Shown here in pieces: positions 1 through 13,254 of a DNA stretch of 64,000 nucleotides; within the stretch, counting starts at the first letter, position 1; the number at the start of each line of letters is the position of its first letter. The notes under the pieces are model-generated. The model worked only from the letters and a program-made list of their open reading frames with translations. It did not search any database and was not told where the DNA came from. Both the position numbers and the translations under genes were made by a program. The stretch is from contig JAAOMT010000479.1 of NCBI GenBank assembly GCA_016748015.1, forward strand, positions 275,824-339,823, in the 5' to 3' direction. Source of the DNA: Geosiphon pyriformis uo1. Taxonomy: Eukaryota; Fungi; Glomeromycota.

Positions 1-687
1 CGTTACCAGCTGCGCGTAACGGATATTGAGGAGGGTCTTCGAAAAATCGCAACCACTGGCGATGTTTCGCAATTATTGGGCTGCCATGAAAGGTTGATGA
101 GCCAGTATGACATTGGTTTCAGCGACTTCGACAAGAACGAAGAGCATCACCGTGACAGCATCTACTACACGCTTCTCAAGAATCCACTTCTATAAGGACA
201 CGTAGATTTCAAAGTCAGAAACGAATAATTGTATTTAATTCGACCTAATGATCCATATTTATTTCCCGGATAGGCTTGATGATCGAAATACCAAGCACAG
301 GCAACACAATAATCATCGAATTTAAGATTATTAAGATCGATTTTCTGAATATTGCTGGAGCCAATCGCCTTCAAAAAGGATCAACTCTAGAAGGCTATTC
401 GAGTGCAGATGATGTACTACAAATTCTATTTGGGTCCTGGGATACTATCCAAATTGGAAACGAGAGACGAGCTGGAAACTCTATCATTCATTGGATCACA
501 CTCCCAGGAGGACGCCGCTCAGTTGGCGAGTTATTGGAATGGACCGCATGTTGCTAATATGCGCATGCAGGAACATGTTTCTGCCTACCTGGTAATCATT
601 GTTGGCTCTCGCAAGGTTCTGTTTTCCCGGCTGGGCGATAATAGCCAGCTGGAAAATTTTAATTTTGCAGGTTCACTTAGTGCGTGA
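1..687 (+). pseudogene. 3' fragment of a probable AAA-ATPase-like / PD-(D/E)XK nuclease (DUF1703-like) gene, broken by stops and frameshifts
   Basis: Stitched frames read ...EEHHRDSIYYTLL...PG(RLD)LMIEIPSTGNTIIIEFK...AAQLASY...AYLVIIVGSRKVLF, matching the D...ExK...QxxxY pattern of PD-(D/E)XK C-terminal domains. GC-richer and CpG-containing, unlike the rest of the window. Confidence 0.5.
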
Positions 688-1149
688 AAGGATTGATAAG
701 TCTGAAATGATATTAGATTGCAATATTGCGTTCTACTTTCACATTCATGCCATGTAATCAAAACAAAATTGTCTTTTTAGTATTAGCACATAAATAATTT
801 GAGGATAGCAATCGAGATGTCAATTCAGAATCTTCCCAAACCGTTTACAGCATCATTAACTGATTATAATTTTCCTTTGAAGACAATTGATTCTTTTAAG
901 TTTCTTAAAAGCAACTTTTAGTTAGGCTTTTCTGATATTATGTATCTTATTTACAGTGCAAATACCCAGATTGTTTTTAAAAAAATTTCAAGATTTTAGT
1001 GTTAGGCCGAGCTATTTCTAACGAAAGACATGTGTGATTCATAAGCAATGATAAAATGAAAATGTTATTTTCAGAACCAATTCAGAACCATTAATTCCAC
1101 AAATTGGCATACATTTCTTTTTAATTAATCCCAAAAATATTCTTCGAAA

Positions 1150-2009
1150 TTTAGAACCAATAGTTGTAATACAACAACAACCAAACTTGAACATTTAAAT
1201 TATTTAATTATATTAGCAATTCCTTTTAAATAACACAAAAACATTAAATAGAAATAGTAAAATAATTACCAAAAAATACCCAATTTCAAAATATATAAAA
1301 ACCTTTATACCAAAAATAATTTTTCCTTATTCTTTCAAATTACAAAATTTTATAATGCTTATTCTCCGAAACATCCAACAAATATTCCAAAAATTAATGT
1401 TAGTTTTGAAAACACTTCTTGACTTATTTATAATAATTAATAGAAGTCAAATTAATTACATTCAAAAAAAAACTACAATCCTAGTAATAAATAATTCTCA
1501 GAATTATCACTCTTATAAAAGAAACACAAGAAGTTATTCTGAAGTTTGATTACCAGAACTTTTAAAGCAAGCTTTAAAAAAAAACTTTTTATTAGCTCCT
1601 ATTAACATTTTACTGAATGTTATCACTCAACAAAAACTTCAAATATGTTTTAATGAACAGAATAATGAATATACTCTTATATATAAATATTTTTATATTA
1701 AAAAAACACTTTATAAACAAAAACTGAAATTTAAAGCAACAAACCTTACTTCTAAAGCTATACAAAAACAAATTCACAATGAATTCAAGACAGCAGTTGA
1801 ACCAACAAACACCTAATACAAACTTAGAACAACTATTAAATTCTATAATCTGTTCAATACTTGTAAAAATATTCTACAAAATTTAATACTGCAACCAATA
1901 AAGATTTAACAATTTTCAGATCAAATTACTTTCATTATTTTGAATTACTATTTCAATATTATAGATAGTGCTTGGATTTTGATAAAGCTCAGTTTTAAAG
2001 AGAAAATTA
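1150..2009 (+). mobile_element. Highly decayed Gypsy internal remnant (protease-proximal region)
   Basis: Weak similarity only: TQQKLQICFNEQ...KFKATN near 1620-1745 resembles family C post-protease TQELQLSQN...HFKATN. Confidence 0.3.
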
Positions 2010-2969
2010 TGTTACCAGTAAAATTTTAATTATTAATTAACATAAAATTACTCTTATAATTCTTATTATTAATTAGTATATATTATTATTATTTCACTTA
2101 TCACTTATTATTTAATCAAATTATCAAATATTATTATTTAATTAATAACTTGATTTGTACAATAGAAATTAAAATAATTAGATTACACAATACTTTGAAC
2201 TATGTAACATTCAAAAATTTGCTGAAATAATAAATAATTCACTAAAATAGTTTATAATTTGTAGAAATAATTTGTAGTTTGTTAAAATATATCTTTAATT
2301 TATCAAAATTATAACAAAAAAAAAGTTTAAGTTTATAGACTAGTATTATAACAAGTTGTAAAAAAAAAAGCTTTTTTTTTTGAGAAAATATATCTTACTC
2401 ATAATAATTATTTTATCTAATTCAGAATCATCTTACCTTAAAAATACTTTTACTTTTATTAATAAAATAATATTTTAAAAACAAATTTATTAATTATTTG
2501 CACTTGAAATTTATCAAAACTCAACTAATATTTTAAAATTAATTAGCTACTAATTTTAGTAATTTATTAGTGATTTCAGGTTTGAATAAAAGACACTTTT
2601 CTTAACAAATTTTTATTTTTTTACATTTTTTTAATATTTAATATTTTTTTTATTATATATATTAGAATAGTCTACAGACAAAATTCTTGTAGAAAAGTTA
2701 ACTTTTATAGCAAAATAACTATATATTTTTAGTAAGCTTTCAGGTAAACAATTTTTGAAAAAAAGTTGACTTTTACTATAAAATAATTATATGTAAGTAA
2801 CTGGTATGGAATTGGTTATTCTATTTATAAGTCCAGCAGTTCAAATTATAGAAAATAATTTAAAGAAAATTTTATTTATTAAAAGTTTAACAACTTCCAA
2901 TAATAATAGATTTATAACAAAAAAATATTAACAACATTCAGAAAAAGAGACTAAAAATCTCTGATAATA
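2010..2969 (+). repeat. LTR, family A (probably solo)
   Basis: Starts TGTTACC, ends GATAATA (decayed GGTAACA). Colinear with 58026-58991 and with the reverse complement of 55737-56706. No PBS follows and the TSD is not clean. Confidence 0.75.
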
Positions 2970-4167
2970 ATGGTTTATTTTGAATTAACTTAATTTTTGT
3001 TTGGTATTAAAATTTGTTTTGCTTTATAAAAAAATTTAAATATTAATAATTCCTAAATCTTAAAAATAAAAAAGTGTTTTAATTAATATTTAACTAATTA
3101 TTTTAATTAAGATAACAAAAAAACTTTGTTAAATATTTTGTTAAATTATATTTTTATTATTTATAACAAATTTAATATTTTTTATAAAGATAATTTTTTA
3201 ATATTAAAAAACATTTCAATTTTTACAGTAGAATTAATTGTAAAAAATATTTTAAAAAAAATTATAAATTATAAATAGTATTATAAAAAATATATATAGT
3301 TTATAATTTAATTGGTTAATTTTATTTGAAATACAATTTATTAAAAATTAAGATATAGCAAATTTATCAAGTTTTTTAATAATATTTATAATAATAAAAT
3401 TAATTATTACATAATTAATTTTGGTTTTATAAATAACTACAAGATATATAATAATTTGAACTAAAATAGCTGGAAAAAGAATCTTTAAAATCAAGTTTTT
3501 TTTAATATTAAAAAAACTTTTAATTAAAAACTAAGTCTTTTTAATAAAAAATTAATTAACAAATATAATTTTAAACTTTTTAAGCAAATAGTAAACACCA
3601 AAAAAAACAGAATTTTTTAAAACTTTAATCATTAAAGTTTTATCTAAAAAACAAAATACAAAAAGCAAATTATTTATAAAAGAAACATTATAATTCAAAA
3701 ATATTTTAATAATTTTAACCAAAAAATTATTTATTAAACTAATCTTTAATTCGATAAAAAACTTCAAAAAATAATTAAAAAACTAATTTAAAATTTGTAA
3801 ATATAAGAATTTATAATCAAATAAATAACCAAAAATTCTATTAGTATTAAAAAAAATTATTACTAAAATTATTTTACTTTTTGTTTATATTATTTAAAAA
3901 ACTTTAAACTATATAACAAAAAATAAAAAGTTTTATCTGCAAAATTTCTTAATAAATTAGATTTTACTTTTAAATTTTTTTTAATTAAAGTATTTTATTT
4001 ATTATATATATTTTTAAAAATTAAATTCTGTAATTAACTATAAATTATAATATAACTAAAATCAGATAAAAAAATTATTTGTTAATAATAATTTTTTTCA
4101 AATTACATTAATAAAAAACTTAATATCTGAATAAATTTTGGCTAAACTTGGCTTAAATAAGTCTTTA

Positions 4168-5741
4168 TTTTTTTTTTATTAAGTTTTAACGAACAAAGTC
4201 CAAATACTACCTAGTACAATACATCAAACTAAGTGATTTAAACTAGGTGTGAATTATGTATTTTCTACATGTGACCAGCCACTCAGACCGATCAGGACAA
4301 CACTAAATGTCTATATGAACAAAAGCTAGATTCCCTATGCCAAAAAAAAACAAACAAGCTTTACATAACCCAGAACTAACACTAAAAGCTTCAGATATAC
4401 CTAATAACTTAACCACACCAGCAGAAAAAGTAGTAGAAAGCCCAGACACAAAAACAGGCATAGAACTATCTTTTGGAATCAATCCATTTTTCTTCATGAG
4501 AGTGCGATGTTTAGCATGGACCAACCAAACTTCATCTCTAAAAGCTAGACAAAAGTTCCACACAAAATCAACCACCAAACGGCCTGCAATCTTAGAGTCA
4601 CCAAAAATGGAAACAGTTTCTAGGAACCAACTATTGAAAACAACACCTTTACAGAGAGTAGTGAACACCACCCCATTGGAAGCACCAGGTGACATTAACT
4701 GTATAATACATAAAGAAGACCATGCAAGACCAGAGAAAGATTTCCAGATAACTGCATGGGAATTCAATAAATGAGCACGAACAGCCATGTTAGAAATGCA
4801 TATAAACACATGATCAGAAACCTCAACATCACCACAAAAAAGGCACACCACACTAGAATAACACTTGTTATAAAGATGTTTATGAATGACAACTGGCAAC
4901 TGATGATGTAGAGCCTTCATAAAATATGAGCGAGTACCAGCAGTGTGTTTGCTCATAAAATTAGCAGCCATATGTAAGTTGAGATGCCACACAAGAAAAG
5001 ACCTGTACCAATCTATATCAGCCAAAAAATTATTTGCAACAACCCTTGAACCAGAACCAACTTCCCAATGTGCACAATGAATGGACTGAAAGATATCACA
5101 AGCAAAATGCCTAGCATTACTGGAAACCATACAGCTGTCAGCCAAGATAAAATGTTCTTTAAGATGAGGAGGAAGAAAGCATTCAGAAGAAAAAACTGAA
5201 TTGGCGAGCACATCTGTGACATTGTTGCCTAAAACACCAGAATAACCTTTCACTTTACACCAAACAACATTCAAGTTTTTAGTCCGAATAATGTTCTTTA
5301 TGTGACAATGCTCAATCCAGCAACAATTATGAAAATCTGGATGCACCAAAACCAATTGCGACTTATATGCATCCAAGACAGCTTGACTATCAAAAAATAA
5401 ATTGACTGAACTAAAAGGGAGAACACACTTGAGAGCCAAGGCAATGGCTTGCAATTCTGCCAGAGTTGAAGAAACCAAACCAGAAACTTTGATCCCCAGA
5501 CTCATATCAACATCCTCAAAAAAGGCCGCAGCTCCAGCTTTTATGCCAGTAGTCCCCAGACCAGCCACAGAACCATCCATGTATACAGAAAGACTATTAA
5601 CTTCTATACTAAACAGATTATTGTGAATCGTGTTAAACTGACTAGATTTCAAAATATTCAAAAGCCTGAGATTGTTCACAACATAAAAAGATGAAGAGAA
5701 CAAAGCCGAGCACCTAAGAAAATCAACAGTGAGATCAAACC
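4168..5741 (-). mobile_element. Young 5'-truncated LINE (L1-like, RNase H-containing)
   Basis: 9-bp TSD AAGTCTTTA (4159-4167 and 5742-5750), poly(A) seen as the T-run at 4168-4177, 3'UTR 4178-4302 homologous to 13124-13245 and 52401-52525. Confidence 0.9.
4303..5741 (-). CDS. C-terminal part of LINE ORF2: RNase H plus CCHC (zf-RVT-like) finger; partial, no true start
   Basis: VYMDGS...TLAELQAIALAL...FFDSQAVL...KVKGYSGVLGNNVTDVLA (RNase H motifs), then CLFCGDVEVSDHVFIC. Open for ~479 codons. The predicted start at 5769 lies outside the TSD. Confidence 0.88.
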
Positions 5742-6839
5742 AAGTCTTTAATAATAAAAAAATATCCAAATATTTATAAAAATTTTTTTTTTTACAATCA
5801 AAATTAACAAATTATTAATAGATATAATAAAACTCTTATTTTGTAATTAATAAAAATAATTATTGTTTTATTATTGTTAATTAAAATATTATTGATCTAA
5901 AAAACTTATTAATTATATTTAAAATAAATTAAATAGTAGCTTAACTGCTTTTTATACAAATTAAATTATTAATATTTATGACAAAAAAAAAGACAAATCA
6001 ATTTGGTTTTTAACTTTATTTATTTTAATAATAAATTTGGAATCAATTTTGTAATCACATAAACTTTTTTGTCTTTTTACTTTACACAAAAAAGTCATAA
6101 AAAATTCTCTAAAAAAGCAAAAAAAAAACTTTATCTTAATACAAATTATTATCTAATTATTAAATTAAAATATGTTATGATTTTGTTGATTTTGTTATTG
6201 TAAATATTATTAAAAAATTTTATAAACTTATTATATATTTTAATTTATATTAAAATATTTTTTAAATAATATTAATTAACAGAGTTATAAGTTTTGTACA
6301 TATTTTATAAAACTAATTAGAATTTATAATTCTTTTTTAAAGTATTTTCTATTATAAAATTAATTACAGAAATTAAAAATTAGATTGTTGTGCTCTTTAA
6401 AACAAAAAAATTATCACCATATAGAATTTTAAATTTGCTATATATTAAAAAAAATTTAATAAAAAAAATTTTAAAATTTTTTTATATAGTCTTAATTAAG
6501 ATAATAAGACAAATATTAATTAGATTTTTATTTTATTTATATAATTTGGAAATTATTAAAACTCAAGCTTTTTTTTAAGACTGAAAAATTGATTTATATA
6601 CCTAATAAAGATTTAATAACTTTAAAAATATTCTTAAAACTAAATTATTACAATATTTTCAAAGTTTATTAAGAATATTAAACAAATTAACAGCTTTTTT
6701 ATTAAGCAGCTTTTTAATTACACTAAGATCATATTTTAAACTTGGCAATGCAGACAGTCCTAGATAAAATAAAAAATGATGTTTTCAAGATATTTATTAA
6801 AAACCCAAACTGAATATATTTACCTGAAATTTTTTTAAT

Positions 6840-8312
6840 ATAAACTTTGTATAAATTAAAGATTAAAGAATTTAACTCTGTAATTTATACTTTACTTCAA
6901 TATTTTAAGCTTCTTAAATGTGCCTGTAATACATGTCAAATTAAATACTATAAATTCATTCTGAATTGTTTTATTTGGTAAAATTTTATTTACAACATAA
7001 TCAGAAATAAATTATCTCTTAAATTGGCAAGTTATTTATTTTTAATTCCATATATTTTAAATACAAAAATTCTAACTATAAATTTATAGATATTAAACAC
7101 TTTTACTCATATTCACATTAATTTTTATTAATATGCTATTTTACATAATTAGTGAACTGTTTTTAATAAAATTGCTAAATTTTTTGATTATTTAAGGATA
7201 TTATGGTCAAAATATTAATTAATTTAAATAATACTGTTTTCTCAATTATTTCTTTCTTTAATATTATTTTTAATTATGTTAAAAACATGATTAATGATAA
7301 TGAATTTGGTAAAGTATTATAATCTTAATTGTATTTATTTAGTTATTTATTTAACATATTTAATATTAGATCTATTACTTATTATAACAATTAGAGTAAC
7401 AAGAAAAAATTTGGTTAAATATTACTCTAAAACAAATACAACTGTAATGCTTTGCACTATATTAGATTTAAGAAAAAAATTCTATTATTTTACAAAAAAA
7501 ATATTTTTGGATGATAATATTAATAAAATAAAATAATTATATATTATTAATTCAAATAATTTTATTTTTCAATTTTTACACAATAAATAAATCTTTAAAA
7601 TATGTACTCTCTTTGAAATAGAGTATATACTAGATATTATACCAATATTAAATAATAGTTTTTTGTTAAATAATAATTTAAATAATACTATAGTATTAGT
7701 TATATAATCTATATTAAAAGCAGATTTTGACAATAATAAAAAAGAAAAACTTGGCAAAATTGATCATTATATTTCTAAAAAAGTGGCGAATAGGGAAATA
7801 GATATAATAGCATAGTAGAAAATATATTACAAAAAATATTTATCTAAATTAATATTTTATTAATAATTTAATATTTAAACATATCAAATACAATTTTTTT
7901 GTTTTGTATATATGACTTATAATTATTTGGCAATTCAAAAATTATTTGTTGTTTCTAAACACACTTTTTTTACAAATAAGAATATAATTACAAATATGAA
8001 GTCTTGCTTAATGTCTAAAACTATAAGAGCAATACAGTGTTTTTAATCATAAATACAAAGACTATTAAAAAAAATTAAATAATAATATAGTATAATATAA
8101 TATTTTTAATAGTTGAATCTGAATATGTTCATAAATTTTAAACTAAACTTAAACCAAATTTGTTGTATGTGTTTAGGTTTAGTTTAAGTTCAGTAATTTT
8201 AAGTCTGATTCAAGTTTAAATTCAAAATTTTGCCAAATTTTTTGTTTAAATTTGGTTTGGTTTAGTAGTTAAATTAAACTTAAACTGAACCAGACGAAAT
8301 ATTAAAATCCTA
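6840..8312 (+). mobile_element. hAT (Ac-like) DNA transposon, decayed 3' half
   Basis: ILNCFIW*NFIY (= LDCxTRWNSTY, ~6960), LVKYYSKT...CTILDLRKK (= ATxLDPR, ~7410-7480) and hATC dimerisation relic MTYNYLAIQKLFVVSKHTFF...KTIRAIQC (~7910-8040). AAACY/GGTTT subterminal repeats at 8110-8300, ending ...ATCCTA. Confidence 0.8.
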
Positions 8313-10952
8313 ATTTAAGACTATTTTTTTTATTCAATTTTTTATAATATTGTTTATATTTAATTTAATTTTTTCAAAATCCAAAATTAAATTATTATTT
8401 ACAACCAAATAATTTAAAACCATATTTTAAAATAGAAATTTTAAAATATTTTTTATAATATAATTTTTATTAATTACAAAGTTTTCTATTTATTTATTAA
8501 TAACAGATTTAATTTTTAATTTCTTAGCTCTTTAAAATTTTGTAAGCTTTAACATTTAATAAAACTTTTTTGCATCAGACAAAATGAATTTAATAATATT
8601 ATAATTAGTACTTATATTTAATAAAATTTAAACATAAACAGTTTTACTATTATCAAAAAATATTTAATAAATTATTAAAAAATTAAGCTCAAAATTAAGC
8701 CTAATTCACAAAGTTTTAACAAGTTTGAAAACTAAAATTTCTAATTTATAATACTTAGACAAAAGTTTAATAAAAACATTATTAAATTTTTTATATTATA
8801 TCTTAAAAAATATTTTATTGGTTAAAAAATACACAATTTTATAAATAATATTTTACATAATATTTAAATTAAAAAAATTTTTTAAAAAAGTAGAATTATT
8901 ATAAAACATTATAAAATTAACCAAAATAATAGTTTTAAATTAAGATTAATTAAAATTATTTATACTTTTAATATTAAATTTTCAATAGTCTTTGTTAATT
9001 TGTCTGTAAAAAAAGTTTAATTATGTATTTAAAAAACTACTTAAACTAATAAAAATAAAAACAGCATGATAATTAATATTAAAAAACTTTTTAACATTTA
9101 TAACACACTAATTGACTATTATATTAATAAGATTTGTAAAAATAAATACATAATTAATAATATTTTTAATATTTTTAAAGTTTTTCTACATAGTAACTTT
9201 GACTACTATACTTTTTATTAAAAAATAAACCAATTTTAAATTAAAATACTTTGAAATTAATGTATTTTTAAAACTTATTTTTATTAAAATTACTGTTTAC
9301 AATTACAAAAAAAAATTTATTTACTGTTTTAACAATTAAAAAATTAATATTTTTAGCTTAAATTAAATATATTGCTAAAACAATATTAATATATAGCTTT
9401 AAAATAATAACTTAATTAATAAAAACCAATTTGCAACTTCAAAAACTTTGTATATATGCTTAATTAAATTATTATTTATGATAATTATAATATTAAAATT
9501 TAGATAACCAAAATCTAAACCAGAAATATAAATTTAAATATTTTTAAATTTATTCATAATTTAAGAGTATATCTTATCTTTTAATTTTATTTTAATAATA
9601 ATAAAAACCAAATTGTTTATATTTTTATGTTATTTAATTATGTCTTTTTGTTTTATAAGATTGTTTGTATTTTTTTTATTAAATATTTTACAAATATAAT
9701 TTAATTATTATCTAATATATATAAACAAATTAAAAGTTTATAGCTAAATATAATTTATGTATTTTTTATATATAACTAGTTATTTAAGCTGGCCAAAATT
9801 ATATTATATACTTATAATAATATAAATACTATTAATTAAACCAAAAAATATATATATTAATTATATAAATTATAACTAATAATTATAGTTTTATTAATAT
9901 TTAATAATTAAATTACTTTATTTGACAAAAACTTTGCTAATTTATACAGATTATAAAAAATTATTAAATTATTATAAACCAAATCACTTTTTTTTATTAT
10001 TATTTTATATGTAAATCTATATAATTAAATCTTATTTCTATGACTTTTTATTAAATATTAAATTATTAAAACAACAGACAATTTAACTAGTTTGGTTCTT
10101 TTAAGTAATAGTAAAATCTCTATATACTAATTATTAAAAACTATTTTTTTATACAAAATCATATATTTTGTACTAATAATAATACTAAAAACTATAAACT
10201 GTATTATTAAAAAAAAACAAAGCTAAAATATTTACACAAGAAATTCACAAATCTAAAATTTTTTTTAACAATTTAAAATAACTGTCTATATTTAAAACAT
10301 ATGTAAAAACATAGTCTAAGAACTTAATTTTGTTATAATAGAAACAAATTACTTTTGAATATTATCTGTTATATAGTTATTTATAAACAATAATTAAGAG
10401 TTTTTTATAAACAGCTTTTATAATATACATACAAAAACTGATAATATGCTTATTAATAAAGTCTAAACATATATTTAAATCTAAAAGTTATATTATTAAT
10501 ATATTGTATTAATTAATATTATTGATTATATTATAAAAAATTATATTAATATTAAAATTTACTTAATACTTTTAATTAACTTATAAACTTAATAAATAAA
10601 ATTATAAATATTGTTTAATATAACTGTATTTTTTATTTAAAAATAATATTTTTTAATTGTTATTAGAAAAAAAAATAGAAAAAAAACAGTATTAATTGAT
10701 TTATTAACAATTATATTGTCAATTATACTTAAATATTTTTTAACTTTTAATTACATTATAAAAATATTTTTTTTATGAATTAAATTGTAAATTTGTCTTT
10801 TTTTATTTCAATAGTTATTGCAAAAATTAGGTTTGTTTAAACTAAACTCTAAAATATAAACATCAATAATAGTTTGACTGTTTAAGTAAATAATAACTAA
10901 ATTAAAAAAAAATACACTTAAAAACCAAAATAATAGTCTAAAGTTTAGCTAA

Positions 10953-13254
10953 AAAAAAAAAACAATAAAAAAACTCTTTGTCTCTTTAATTTTATGACCA
11001 CGACCAGAACAAAAAGTAAAAAAGCTGCACCTGATATCTGTTCTAAGATATCTAATAAAATTTCAACCAGAGAAGCTTTCTTTGTTGTAAAAGCAACTAG
11101 GCAGAACATTTTAGAAGCCTTTTTTCTACCTAATAATTGTGATAAGCTGCCTTTGGTAGCCATTGAAGCAATTTTTTCATCTTTGGCTGGTTTCTCACCA
11201 GTCAAAGTTCTTTCAAAGAGACACACTTGGGTTAATCCCAGTGTTGCCTTCACCTCGACTAAGAGCCCAAAAGTTTTTAATAATAGACCAATAAATAAGT
11301 TGGTTTTCTCCTCTATAGATTCAACACTTGGTGCTTCTAGCACCACCTTTTCAAAAAAAATGATCAAAAAGACCAAAAGTTTAGAAAAGTGGAAGCAGTT
11401 GCTTGTCTCTGCTATTGTTACACCGAATTCCTTTGTGGTTCTCAATGAGATCCTAGATGAAATCTCTGTAGTATTATCTGGCACTTTATTTAAGATGGGC
11501 TTAGATTAACTACTGGCTGTGTTGCCAAATGTAGTGTCTTTTGGCAAATCATTACCAGTTTTAAAAGCAAAACAATCTCTTCCTGTTGAATTATCTGTTC
11601 TTGTGAACTGGGCTGATCAGATGGAGACTGAATCATCTCCTTCTTTTGTTTCTGGTGCTACTCCTAATGGTGCTTGGGAAACTATTACTAGTCGTCAAAG
11701 ATTTGCTGGGTGGATGGCTTCTACTCTAGTGCCTGGTACTACTTTTAAAATTAAATTGGCTTATGTTAAGACTGTTTTTCAGTCTGTATATGGTTTTTTG
11801 GATGCTAAGTCTGTTTCAAAAGACAATGTAAAGCTTTTTTGTGTGGAATTTGCTTCTTAAATTTCTTTAGATGCTGCATTTTTAGTTGAGCTTACAAGCT
11901 TTGTTCGTCTTGCCACTCTTAAAATTCCCAAGTCTTTGGTGGTTTCTGAGTCTGGATCCTTTTCTGCTGCTGTTGCACTGTGTGATGTGCCTTTGAGTGT
12001 GTTTGCTGCTGACATTAAAACAGCTCTTAGTGTTTTTGGTATAGTTACTCATATTGTGCTGAAGTCTGCTGGCATTTGGCAATATGTGGTGGTTTATTTT
12101 AAGAAGTTAGATTCTGTCATGTCTGTTTTGAATCATTGGTCAGTATTGGTGGGCAAGAATTGTGTTAGAATTCTTCTCTTGGTTAATCAAAATGAGACTA
12201 TTTTGTCTTGTGATAGGTTTAAGGCCAAGTTAGTCAATCTTTCTCCTGGCTGTACTGTCTTTAAAATTAGTAATATGATTTCTCAAGTTGGTGACTGGTC
12301 TTGTTTCATTCCTCAATCTCCTGATTCTGGTCGTCATCTCTGCTTTGCTCTAGTTACGTTTAACTCCCAAGCTGATTTGGACCTTGCTGTTGTCAATACT
12401 AGTATGCTTAGAAAGTGCCATATCTGGTAGGAGACTTCTAATTGTCAGCATTGTTTTTGATGTCAAGAAACAGGTCACTTGGCTGTAGACTGTAAAGTTG
12501 CTTCATCTCTCTTTCCTAAGGCTCCCAAGATGTTCAAACCACATTTTGTTGGTTCTTTGTCTTATGTTAAGACATTTGCTCCTCCTGTTATGTTTGAATT
12601 TTCTCTTTTGGTGGCTTTTGCCCCTTCTGTGGCTGTTGTTGATCCTGCTGTTGGGTCCAGATTGGACTCTTTGGAAAAGCAAATTTCGGATTTGGCTGCT
12701 TTGATAAAGTCTATTGTTAAGCCTGTTGGCTCTTTGGTTGCCTTGGTATCTTGTTTCCTTGATAATAATGCTGTTAAGACTGTTCAGTCAGAGAAAAATC
12801 TTTTTTCTATGAAATATGTTTCTAACAATTTTGCCAATCTTTTGGTTGGTGTGTCTAAGAACATTGCTTATCTTAGATCTGAAGTTGACTTTGGTGGCAT
12901 GGATTATGATGATATGCAGACCACCAAATCTTTTCTCTTAAGTAAGAATACTGTTGAGCGTGTTATAGCTTTGTGGCAGATGTTGGGTGCTAAAATTAGG
13001 AGTAGTGTTGAATTTACTAGATTATTTTTTAGTGAGTTTATTTTTGATTCTAGGAATCTAAATGGTATTATTGAAAAAATTTGTGGGTTGAAATTATTTT
13101 CACCTTCTATTGTTTCAGCATAGTGTGTCATTAATTGGTCCAAGTGACTAGTTACGTGTAGAAAGCACATGATTAACATCTAGTTTAGATCATTTTTTTG
13201 GTGTATAGTACTAGATTGTTTTTGGGCTGCACTTATTAAGCAAATAAAAAAAAA
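10953..13254 (+). mobile_element. Non-autonomous ORF1-only non-LTR retrotransposon (HAL1-like)
   Basis: 13-bp TSD AAAGTTTAGCTAA (10940-10952 and 13255-13267). One ORF1-type frame is followed directly by the LINE-type 3'UTR and poly(A). No APE or RT sequence. Confidence 0.85.
10994..13123 (+). pseudogene. LINE ORF1p (gag-like) of ~709 codons with 4 decay stops
   Basis: ORFs 10994, 11519, 11936 and 12479 share one frame. RRM-like segments (LCDVPL...DIKTALSVFG...YVVVYF), zinc knuckle CF(R)CQETGHLAVDC, coiled coil LDSLEKQISDLAALIKSI. Confidence 0.8.

Larger units (their letters stand above)
2980..9660 (-). mobile_element. Old decayed LINE ORF2 (APE-RT-RNase H), interrupted by a young LINE and a hAT remnant
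   Basis: Minus-strand relics: APE IYISGLDFGYL (~9500), linker KYYKLEILVFKLVK (~8740), RT NILNKL(W) (~6670) and (Q)DKVFFLLF(W)RIFYDF (~6090-6150). Ends approximate. Confidence 0.65.

Noticed and set aside
4255-4300. Hammerhead ribozyme or tRNA-derived head in the LINE 3'UTR
   Set aside because: CTGATCG is not the CUGANGA core, and the CCGAGTGG A-box-like stretch has no B-box or cloverleaf.
4337-5626. Antisense ORFs over TE coding regions (4337, 5402; also 10945, 17108, 44531)
   Set aside because: Shadow frames of real TE ORFs with no independent motifs.
1355-10900. Short I/K/N/F/L-rich ORFs (e.g. 1355, 3552, 6390, 7569; also 22767, 59268, 60344)
   Set aside because: Chance or off-frame ORFs in AT-eroded repeats.
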